From an uncultured Bacteroidia bacterium (GTDB lineage Bacteria > CAIWAD01 > BS150m-G50): a stretch of 62,223 nucleotides of DNA. The position numbers and the translations under genes were made by a program. The first letter of the stretch is position 1; every line of letters starts with the position of its first letter. Shown here in pieces: positions 33,829-41,783 of this stretch. The notes under the pieces are model-generated. The model made no database searches. It was not told the origin of the DNA and saw nothing but the letters and a program-made list of their open reading frames with translations. Where the stretch lies: positions 1 to 62,223 of the forward strand of contig CAZFEC010000014.1 in the NCBI GenBank assembly GCA_964517435.1. The letters are read 5' to 3'.

Positions 33829-34779
33829 GTGGCACTCTCCACCGACGGGAATACCCTGAAAACGGAGCTGTTGGCGCAGGCGGCCCGGCTGGGTGTCGCC
33901 GCGGCGGGGGTGACTGATACCTCGCCGCTGGTCGAACCACATTCCTCCCACCTGCGCGACTGGCTGGCTGCCGGCCGGCAGGGTGGCATGTCCTGGCTGG
34001 CACGGCGACCCGAACAGCGACTCGCGCCACAACTGCTGGTCCCCGGCACCCGCACCGTCATCGTGATCGCGGTCAACTACTTCGCAGCCGTACCGGAGGA
34101 AAACCCGGTCTACGCTGTATCACGTTATGCCTGCGGACGCGACTATCACAAGGTGCTCAAAGGTATTCTGAAACAGCTGGCCGCCACAATCCGGACGGCG
34201 AGTGGCTGCCGCAGCCGCTGGTTTGTCGATTCGGCACCGGTGATGGAGAAGGTGCTGGCCCAGCGGGCCGGTCTGGGCTGGATCGGTAAGAACACGCTCC
34301 TGCTGACGCGGGAATACGGCTCCTGGGTGCTGCTGGGTGAACTGTTTACCGAAGTGGAACTGCCGCCGGACGATCCGCATCCGGATCTCTGCGCCGATTG
34401 CAGCAAGTGCCTTGACGCCTGCCCCACCCGGGCCCTGACCCCGCCGGGCGTCCTGGACTGCCGCCGCTGCATTTCGTATCACACGATCGAACGACCGGAC
34501 GCGGAACCGAGCGACATCGATTACGCCGGCAGCATCTTCGGTTGCGAGATCTGCCAGGAGGTCTGTCCCTGGAACCGGGAGGTGCCGGAGACGACCCTGG
34601 CCGACCTGCAACCCCGTACCATCGCCCGGCAACTCAGACGGGGCGAACTGCCGGAGCAACCCGCCGCCTGGGAGAAAGCCACGCGCGGTTCGTCGTTGCG
34701 GCGCATCAGCTGGGAGCGCCTGCGAGACAACGCCGCCCGGGCGAGCCGCCATCGACATCCGCGGGAGGAAAGCGGTTGA
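33829..34779 (+). CDS. queG: tRNA epoxyqueuosine(34) reductase
   Basis: SRYACGRDYH, VDSAPVMEK, GWIGKN, CxxCxxCxxxCP, FGCEICQEVCPWN. Confidence 0.93.
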   Translation: MALSTDGNTLKTELLAQAARLGVAAAGVTDTSPLVEPHSSHLRDWLAAGRQGGMSWLARRPEQRLAPQLLVPGTRTVIVIAVNYFAAVPEENPVYAVSRYACGRDYHKVLKGILKQLAATIRTASGCRSRWFVDSAPVMEKVLAQRAGLGWIGKNTLLLTREYGSWVLLGELFTEVELPPDDPHPDLCADCSKCLDACPTRALTPPGVLDCRRCISYHTIERPDAEPSDIDYAGSIFGCEICQEVCPWNREVPETTLADLQPRTIARQLRRGELPEQPAAWEKATRGSSLRRISWERLRDNAARASRHRHPREESG

Positions 34780-35672
34780 TGAATGCCATCCTGAGGGGAC
34801 TGGACTATTTCACCTTTTGCCGGCCGGTGTTGATTCTCACCGCGTGGACGGTACTCCTGCTGGGTGCCACCCGCGGGATGAATCCGCAGCTGGCCTGGCT
34901 CCTGGCAGGCTATACCTGCCTGCTGGGCGCCGCCTTCATCGTCAACCAGCTCCGCGATCTCGCCGGCGACCGCATCAACGCCAAGCTGCCGCATCTGGCG
35001 CAGGGAGTGGTTTCCAGCGGTGAGGCGCGCCTGATGACCGGCCTGCTGCTGACCGGAGCCCTGCTGTTCACCCTGCGCGCCGGATTGTATCACGTCCTGG
35101 GATTGCTGGTCTTCCTTATCATCACCGCCTGGGCCTACAACTTCCCGCCGCTGCGGTTGAAGGAGCGGCTGCTGCTGGGACCGCTGGCGCTGGCGCTGGC
35201 AGCCGCTCTGCTGTTCCAGCAGGGGAGCGATTTCGCCGGACACGCCTGGCTGGAAACCCTCGCCATGGCGCTGTCCGTGCTCTCCATCAGCCTGCTGACC
35301 GAGATCCCCGATTGCGCAGGCGACCGCGCTACCGGACGCCGTACCCTGGCTGTGGTCGCGGGCGACCACTTCACCCTGCGCCTGTCGACCGTGCTGATGG
35401 CGGCAGCCGCATTGCTGGCGCTGATGGCGGGATTCCACCTGCTGGCGTTGCCGACGCTCTTCTCGCTGCTCCTGCAACTTCGCCTCGCGCTCAAACGCCG
35501 CGTTGAGGTCAGGGCCGTCAACCTGGCGGTACGGCTCTCCCTATTACTGCTGGGGCTGGCCGTTGCGGTTGCATTTCTCTGGTTCGGCCTGTTAATTCTC
35601 ACTTGCTATCTGCTGCTCCGCTATTATTACCGGCAGCGTTTCCGGAGGCGTTACCCCTCCTTTACAGAATAG
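34779..35672 (+). CDS. UbiA-family prenyltransferase
   Basis: NQLRDLAGDRIN, YNFPPLRLK, EIPDCAGDRATGRRTL; multiple TM segments. Confidence 0.85.
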   Translation: MNAILRGLDYFTFCRPVLILTAWTVLLLGATRGMNPQLAWLLAGYTCLLGAAFIVNQLRDLAGDRINAKLPHLAQGVVSSGEARLMTGLLLTGALLFTLRAGLYHVLGLLVFLIITAWAYNFPPLRLKERLLLGPLALALAAALLFQQGSDFAGHAWLETLAMALSVLSISLLTEIPDCAGDRATGRRTLAVVAGDHFTLRLSTVLMAAAALLALMAGFHLLALPTLFSLLLQLRLALKRRVEVRAVNLAVRLSLLLLGLAVAVAFLWFGLLILTCYLLLRYYYRQRFRRRYPSFTE

Positions 35673-35724
35673 ACTTCGTTCAACTCACCGGTTAATCCGG
35701 TGTTGTTTATTACTGGAACCAGTC

Positions 35725-35910
35725 ATGATCAGGATCGATCCAGCCGTCTGCGACTACTGCGGTGCCTGCGTCGGGGTCTGCCCCGAGAACTGCATCGAGA
35801 TGGGCACGCATTACATAGCCATCGACTACGGCATCTGCACCGAGTGCAAACTGTGTGTCCATGTCTGTCCGCTGTCGGCGGCGGAGGAGGAAGCCGAGGA
35901 GCAGGAATGA
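35725..35910 (+). CDS. 2[4Fe-4S] ferredoxin
   Basis: CDYCGACVGVCP and CTECKLCVHVCP. Confidence 0.93.
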   Translation: MIRIDPAVCDYCGACVGVCPENCIEMGTHYIAIDYGICTECKLCVHVCPLSAAEEEAEEQE

Positions 35911-37100
35911 CGGCGGTGGTCTGGGATGTCATCATCGGCGGTGCCGGGCCGGGCGGCAGCATGGCGGCGGAATACTGCGCCGCGGCGGGATTGAAGACGC
36001 TCCTGCTCGAAAAGGACCGCGACATCGGCGTGCCGGTGCGTTGCGGTGAAGGTGTGCCGCACGACGGGCTGGTGGAGTTCTGCGAGCCGGATCCGCGCTG
36101 GATCGCCGGCAGCATTGATCAGGTGCGCATCTATTCGCCGGATGACAACTACTTCAACCTGGCGATGCCTGGTGCCGGTTACATTCTCGACCGGCGCAGC
36201 TTCGACTACTACCTCGCCACCCGCGCCGCCAAAGCGGGAGCCCGGGTGGAAACCGGCGTCACCGTCAGCGGTGTCACGCTGGAGGAAGGGCGCGTCACCG
36301 GTGTGGAGCTGGAAGGCGGACGCGGCAGCGAACGGCTGGCGTGCCGGCTCCTGATCGCCGCAGACGGGATCGAATCCCGCATCGCTCGCTGGGCGGGAGT
36401 GCCTTCCGCTACGCCGCTCAAGGATATCGACACCTGCCAGCAGGTGACGCTGCAGGGGGTCGACTTCGATCCGGGCCAGGTGGATTTCTTCTTCGGCAAC
36501 GATATCGCTCCCGGCGGTTACGCCTGGATCTTTCCCAAGGGCGCTGACAGCGCCAACATCGGTCTCGGCGTATCGGGACAGGCTTCGATCAGACGCAAAG
36601 CGCAGGCCTACCTGGCGGACTTCATCGCGCAGCGTTTTCCGGGCGCATCCGTGCTCAGCACCACCTGCGGCGGCATTCCGCTGGATGGCGGTTTGAAGCA
36701 GCCCTACGGCAACGGGATCATGGTGGTGGGAGATGCCGCGCACCAACCCAACCCGGTCACCGGTGCCGGCATCGTCAACGCCATGATCGCCGGTAAACTG
36801 GCCGCCGCGACCGCCGCGGCCGCCCTGGAGCGGGGAGATGTCAGCACCGCCGGCCTGGCCGATTACGGCAGGGTGTGGCAGAAGCGGGTCGGCTGGGAGC
36901 ACGCGCTTTACTACAAGGTGCGCCGCCTGATGGAGGGGCTGAGCGACGAAACCTACAACAGCGTCACCGCCAAACTGAGCGCGGTGCCGGAAGTGAAGCG
37001 CAACCTGCGCCAGGTGCTGCTGACGATCTTCCGCAACCAGCCCGGTTTCGTCATCGATGTCGTCATGGGGCTCTTCGGTAAACGGTCAAAGGAGGCATGA
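35907..37100 (+). CDS. Geranylgeranyl reductase family flavoprotein (DGGGPL-reductase-like)
   Basis: GAGPGG, PVRCGEG, PGGYAWIFPKG (YxWxFP), VGDAA; ATGA overlap with the ferredoxin gene. Confidence 0.88.
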   Translation: MTAVVWDVIIGGAGPGGSMAAEYCAAAGLKTLLLEKDRDIGVPVRCGEGVPHDGLVEFCEPDPRWIAGSIDQVRIYSPDDNYFNLAMPGAGYILDRRSFDYYLATRAAKAGARVETGVTVSGVTLEEGRVTGVELEGGRGSERLACRLLIAADGIESRIARWAGVPSATPLKDIDTCQQVTLQGVDFDPGQVDFFFGNDIAPGGYAWIFPKGADSANIGLGVSGQASIRRKAQAYLADFIAQRFPGASVLSTTCGGIPLDGGLKQPYGNGIMVVGDAAHQPNPVTGAGIVNAMIAGKLAAATAAAALERGDVSTAGLADYGRVWQKRVGWEHALYYKVRRLMEGLSDETYNSVTAKLSAVPEVKRNLRQVLLTIFRNQPGFVIDVVMGLFGKRSKEA

Positions 37101-38518
37101 CAATGGCCTTGAGATTCTACAACAGCATGAGCAGACGCAAAGAAGAATTCGTCCCCCTGCGGGAGGGAAAGGCCGGCCTCTACACCTGTGGTCCCACCGT
37201 CTACAACTACCCCCATATCGGCAATTTTCGCACCTGGATGTTCGAGGACCTGTTGCGCCGCTATCTGCAATTCAGCGGCTTCGAAGTCACCCAGGTGTTG
37301 AACCTGACTGATGTCGACGACAAGACGATCCGGCGCTCACGGGAAGAGGGCCTGCCGCTGCAGGAGTTCACCCTGCGCTACAAGGACGCCTTCTTCAGGG
37401 ATCTGAATACGCTCAATATCGAGCCGGCGGAGCACTACCCGGCCGCCACCGACCACATTCCCGAGATGGTGGAGCTAGTGCGGAAACTGCAGGCCAAAGG
37501 GCACACCTACGAGAGCGACGGTTCGATCTATTTCAGCATCGCCAGCTTCCCGGAGTACGGCCGGCTGGCGAACCTTGATCCCGCCTCGATGCGCTCCAGC
37601 GGCCGCGTCGACAACGATGAGTATGAGAAGGACGACGCCCGTGACTTCGCGCTCTGGAAAGCCTGGACACCGGAGGACGGCGATGTGTTCTGGGAAACCG
37701 AGCTGGGGAAGGGGCGTCCCGGCTGGCACATCGAGTGCAGCGCCATGTCGACCCGCTACCTGGGCACCCACTTCGACCTGCACACCGGCGGCGTCGACAA
37801 TCGCTTTCCTCATCACGAGAACGAAATCGCCCAGAGCGTCTGCGGGTATGAGGATAAATTCGTCAACTACTGGATGCACAGCGAGTTCCTGCTGGTGGAA
37901 GGGCGCAAGATGAGCAAGTCGCTCTCGAACTTCTACACCATTCCGGAGCTGCTGGAGATGGGGCTGGACCCGCTGGCCATCCGTTACGCGCTGCTGACCG
38001 TGCACTATCGCCAGAAGCTCAGCTTCTCGATCGACGGCGTCAAGGCGGCGGGAGCCAGCGTACAGCGGCTGCAGACCTTCTACAAGTCGCTCTGCCGTAC
38101 TGTTGATCAAGCCTCCGAAGCAGGTGCCGCAAGCGACGCGAAGGTGACTGAGCTGTTGACGCAGGCGGAAACAACCTTCCGGGAGGCGCTGGACGACGAC
38201 CTCAACATCGCCCCGGCTCTGGCGGCGGTCTTCTCGCTGCTGCCGGAAATCAACCGGCTGCAGGATGAGGGAAGTCTGAACAGCCGCAGCGCCGCCGCCG
38301 TGCGCGATTTCCTCGACCGCATCGACGGCGTGCTCGGGGTGATCGTGCAGGAGGAGGAATGCAACACCGAGATCGAGCAGCTGATGGACGATCGCCAGGC
38401 CGCCCGGGATCGGAAGGACTGGGCGGAAGCGGACCGCATCCGCGATCGCATTCAGGAGCTGGGTTACGTCATCGAGGATTCGCCGGAGGGGCCGCGGTAC
38501 TACCGGCGGAAGTGTTGA
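37097..38518 (+). CDS. cysS: Cysteine--tRNA ligase
   Basis: CGPTVY, HIGN, PGWHIECSAM, FPHHENE, KMSKS. Confidence 0.98.
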   Translation: MTMALRFYNSMSRRKEEFVPLREGKAGLYTCGPTVYNYPHIGNFRTWMFEDLLRRYLQFSGFEVTQVLNLTDVDDKTIRRSREEGLPLQEFTLRYKDAFFRDLNTLNIEPAEHYPAATDHIPEMVELVRKLQAKGHTYESDGSIYFSIASFPEYGRLANLDPASMRSSGRVDNDEYEKDDARDFALWKAWTPEDGDVFWETELGKGRPGWHIECSAMSTRYLGTHFDLHTGGVDNRFPHHENEIAQSVCGYEDKFVNYWMHSEFLLVEGRKMSKSLSNFYTIPELLEMGLDPLAIRYALLTVHYRQKLSFSIDGVKAAGASVQRLQTFYKSLCRTVDQASEAGAASDAKVTELLTQAETTFREALDDDLNIAPALAAVFSLLPEINRLQDEGSLNSRSAAAVRDFLDRIDGVLGVIVQEEECNTEIEQLMDDRQAARDRKDWAEADRIRDRIQELGYVIEDSPEGPRYYRRKC

Positions 38519-38596
38519 GGTGCGGGTTTTGTCTCCAAACCCGGGGCCAGTAGCAAACCACTCCGCCGGAGCGGGATTTGAAGAAAGGAGGTCCCT

Positions 38597-39202
38597 GTGT
38601 CGTTCCAGGTAAACTGGGTGGAAATCGTCTCCATGGCCGTAACGCTGTTCCTGATCATGGATCCGTTCGGGAACATTCCGGTTTTCCTGCCGATCCTGGA
38701 GCGCGTGCCGGAGCATCGCCGCCAGCGCATCGTAGTGCGCGAACTGCTGCTGGCGCTGGTGGTGATCCTGATCTTCCTTTTCGGCGGCAGCTACCTGATG
38801 AATTTCCTCGGGCTGCAGCAGTCGTCGGTCAGCATCGCCGGTGGTATCATCCTCTTTTTGATCGCCGTGCGGATGGTGTTTCCCGTCACGCAGTTGAAGA
38901 TCACCGATGAAATGGACGGCGAGCCGTTGCTGGTGCCCCTGGCGATACCGCTGGTCGCCGGACCTTCTCTCCTGGCGGTGCTGATCCTCTTCTCCAGCAC
39001 CTCCCTGGCTCATATGATCAACCTTCTGATCGCCGCGCTGCTCGCCTGGGCCGGCACCTTTATCGTCCTGTTCAGTTCCACCTTCCTGATCCGGATCCTC
39101 GCCCGGCGCGGTCTGGTCGCCGTCGAGCGGCTGATGGGGATGATCCTGGTGGCGCTGGCGGTGCAGCTGTTCCTCAACGGTCTCAGCGACTATATGGGGT
39201 AG
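38597..39202 (+). CDS. MarC family membrane protein
   Basis: MDPFGNIP, IAGGIILF, VPLAIPLVAGP, ERLMG. Confidence 0.93.
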   Translation: MSFQVNWVEIVSMAVTLFLIMDPFGNIPVFLPILERVPEHRRQRIVVRELLLALVVILIFLFGGSYLMNFLGLQQSSVSIAGGIILFLIAVRMVFPVTQLKITDEMDGEPLLVPLAIPLVAGPSLLAVLILFSSTSLAHMINLLIAALLAWAGTFIVLFSSTFLIRILARRGLVAVERLMGMILVALAVQLFLNGLSDYMG

Positions 39203-39280
39203 GGCAGCGCTTTTATCCAGCCGTACCGAGTTGCGTCTATCTGGATTGAGACGCACGACATCTGTTTCTGGATCTTCATC

Positions 39281-39772
39281 ATGAACCTCCGCCACGCCCA
39301 AACCACCGACTTCCCCGCGATCCTGGCGATCCTCAACCAGGCGATCGCCGCTGAAACCATCGCCATCATCGATCCGGTTACCCTGGAAGATCGGGAGCAG
39401 TGGTTCGCGGAGCACACGGCAGATCGCTACCCGATCCTGGTCGCGGAGGAGGGCGAAGAGCTGCTCGGCTGGTGCAGTCTCAGCGCCTACCGTCCCGGCC
39501 GACGCGCCCTGAGCCATGTCGCGGAGATCAGCTACTTCGTGCATGTGAGCCACAGACGACAAGGTGTTGCTACCTGTCTGATCAGGGAGATGATCGCCCT
39601 CGCTCCGGAACTGGGCTACGACACCCTGGTAGCGCTGCTAACTGCGGAGAATCATGCCAATATCCGGCTGCTGAAAGGGTTCGGTTTTGCCGAGTGGGGC
39701 CATCTGCCGGAGCTCATCAACTTCAACGGCCGCCGGGTGGGGCATCTGTATTATGGGTTGCGGGTGGGGTGA
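39281..39772 (+). CDS. GNAT N-acetyltransferase (phosphinothricin-AT-like)
   Basis: HRRQGVA motif A, NHANIRL...GF. Confidence 0.88.
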   Translation: MNLRHAQTTDFPAILAILNQAIAAETIAIIDPVTLEDREQWFAEHTADRYPILVAEEGEELLGWCSLSAYRPGRRALSHVAEISYFVHVSHRRQGVATCLIREMIALAPELGYDTLVALLTAENHANIRLLKGFGFAEWGHLPELINFNGRRVGHLYYGLRVG

Positions 39773-39781
39773 TCCTTGATT

Positions 39782-39943
39782 GCTACGATCATCGGAGTTC
39801 GGAATCGGTATTCGAACCTGCAGCTGATGAATCTGAGTAAACGTCAGTTCGCTTGTCGCCTGACGACGAGTCGGAAGGCGTCAAGTTATCGGAATCGCAG
39901 TCTCTACCGAATCCCGATACCGATCCCGAGTACCGATCATAGC
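39782..39943. repeat. Imperfect inverted-repeat element built from TCGGRA/CCGATN hexamers
   Basis: GCTACGATC...TCGGAATCGGTATTCG on the left; CGAATCCCGATACCGATCCCGA...GATCATAGC on the right. Confidence 0.6.
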
Positions 39944-39974
39944 TGAATGACGATATCAACAAACCGGAGCCCCC

Positions 39975-40760
39975 ATGCAACTACTAGACCTTACCCCCGA
40001 GACCGAAGCGACCTTTCTGCGCTGCCTGCACGACGAAGAACCGGACGATCCCCGCGTTATCGCCCTGCGAAAGGAATGGATCGCCACCCGCCGGGATAAG
40101 GGCTTCCGCGCCAAGGTGTTGCAACTAGACACCGGCGAGATCGCCGGCCTCTGCCAGTACCTGCCGATCGAGGAGAGCCACATCCAGGGGGAACGGTTGA
40201 TGACGATCCTCTGTATCTGGGTGCACGGCTACGATCATCACATCGGCAACCGGCAGGGCAACGGCTGCGGACGCTTCATGCTGGAGCAGATCGAGACGGA
40301 GATCCGCGAGACTGCCGTGGACGGGATCGTCGCCTGGGGGATGGACTTTCCCTATTGGAACCCGGTATCCTTTTGGGAGCACATGGGCTACGAACGGGTC
40401 GACCAGACGGGGCAGGCGGTACTGGTCTGGAAGCCGTTCACAGCGGATGCTCAACCTCCGCGCTGGTATCGCGAACAGAAGCGACCGCAGTCGGAAGCGG
40501 GCCTGGTGACGGTGGACGCCTTCTACAACGGCTGGTGCACCGGCAGTTGCGGTCAATGTATCACGGTACGCGACGCGGTGGACGGCCTGGAAGACCGCAT
40601 CCGCTTCCGCGAGGTGAACACGGGCGAGGGGGACAATCTGAAGGAGTGGGGCATTTCCGATACCCTCTTCCTGGACGGGGAGCCATACAACCCCTGGGGA
40701 CCACCGGTCACAACGGAGGATCTGCGCAAGGAGATCGAGGAGCGGATGAGCACATTGTAG
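39975..40760 (+). CDS. GNAT acetyltransferase with YoaP/thioredoxin-like C-terminus
   Basis: QYLPIE, ILCIWV, NRQGNGCG, GWC motif. Confidence 0.75.
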   Translation: MQLLDLTPETEATFLRCLHDEEPDDPRVIALRKEWIATRRDKGFRAKVLQLDTGEIAGLCQYLPIEESHIQGERLMTILCIWVHGYDHHIGNRQGNGCGRFMLEQIETEIRETAVDGIVAWGMDFPYWNPVSFWEHMGYERVDQTGQAVLVWKPFTADAQPPRWYREQKRPQSEAGLVTVDAFYNGWCTGSCGQCITVRDAVDGLEDRIRFREVNTGEGDNLKEWGISDTLFLDGEPYNPWGPPVTTEDLRKEIEERMSTL

Positions 40761-41024
40761 GGGCAGGTCTTTGACCTGCCCATTACATAAGAGATCGAGG
40801 AACGTTTGAAGACGTTGTAGGGGCGGATTTCCACGACCTGCGGTCGTGGGCGTAGTAACATTTGGGGCGGGTTACTACATTCGGGATACGAATAATAACC
40901 CTCCCTTCGTTTGCCCACCAATGCCGATCGAACACGTGATACGAAAAGGCACCCCGAATTATCGGGGCGCCTTCATGTTGTTTCCGTTTGACAAGAAAAG
41001 GGCGGGTTACAAACCCGCCCCTAC
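40757..41024. repeat. GTAG-type REP-like palindromes
   Basis: GTAGGGGCAGGTCTTTGACCTGCCC (40757), GTAGGGGCGG (40817), inverse GGGCGGGTTACAAACCCGCCCCTAC (41000). Confidence 0.75.
40944..40973 (-). terminator. Intrinsic terminator downstream of rpmB
   Basis: Minus strand AAGGCGCCCCGA-TAAT-TCGGGGTGCCTTTT. Confidence 0.65.
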
Positions 41025-41048
41025 AATGATTTCCGATTTAGGCGGTCG

Positions 41049-41237
41049 TTACCGCTGAATGGTCTTGCCGGCCTGGATACAGGAGGTGCAGACGCGCATC
41101 TTGACCCGGGCGCCGTCCTTCATGACACGCACCGTCTGCAGGTTGGGATACTGAACCCGCTTGGTGACGTTGTGCGCATGGCTGATGGAATTACCGAACA
41201 TCGGCCCCTTACCGCATATTTCGCAAACTCGTGACAT
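41049..41237 (-). CDS. rpmB: 50S ribosomal protein L28
   Basis: [35 protein letters not shown]; RBS AAGGAG. Confidence 0.97.
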   Translation of the reverse strand: MSRVCEICGKGPMFGNSISHAHNVTKRVQYPNLQTVRVMKDGARVKMRVCTSCIQAGKTIQR

Positions 41238-41343
41238 CCTGTACTCCTTGCGTTCCGGCTGTGAGTCACGCTCGTGTGACTCATCCTCTTTGCACCCCTT
41301 TTCGATCAGGTTCGCCAGGTGGGATGCGTTTTCGCGAACACTA

Positions 41344-41372
41344 ATTCTAGTCGTGGACTCTCGAAAAGGCAA
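41344..41372 (-). promoter_or_regulatory. Sigma-70 promoter for rpmB
   Basis: Minus strand TTGCCT-N17-TAGAAT. Confidence 0.6.
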
Positions 41373-41510
41373 GCGAAAAACCGGGGCGGGAGAAAACCTC
41401 GCCACAGCGCGAATCCGCCGGCTGTCAATCGGATCCGAATGACGGGTGAGTGCCGGGAGTTCGCGCATCACCGGTTTAGGTTTGGAATTGCTACGACGGT
41501 TACTTAATGT

Positions 41511-41760
41511 AAACGGTTATGCCGATGCGCGCAGATAATACCCCTGGCAAACGCTATCAGATGCATCGGTCTGGCTTCGTTGCCGCTTGCGGCAACGCTT
41601 CAGGGTAATGCTATAGAAGCGTATAGCGGATATGTCGCTGATTCCCAGCAATACTATCCCGTGCCCGCGGTTCACTCACATATGCCCCTGCCCTAGCCGG
41701 GATGCATCACTGCGGCATCAGCAGGGTGGTGCGGATTTCAATGTGAGCGTACCGCTTTTC
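41511..41760 (+). ncRNA. Putative structured RNA, family not recognised
   Basis: Nested long-range stems plus a G-CUUG-C hairpin in a long intergenic region. Confidence 0.35.
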
Positions 41761-41783
41761 ACTCTTGATGATGAGGAGACAGC

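Noticed and set aside
38597-41030. Integron cassette array (MarC, GNAT, GNAT)
   Set aside because: No integrase and no attC-type RYYYAAC/GTTRRRY ends recognised; the intergenic repeats differ from each other
41262-41283. TGAGTCAC-N6-GTGACTCA hairpin in the rpmB leader as a copy of the main motif
   Set aside because: Two mismatches per arm and opposite pair orientation; more likely an ordinary leader hairpin
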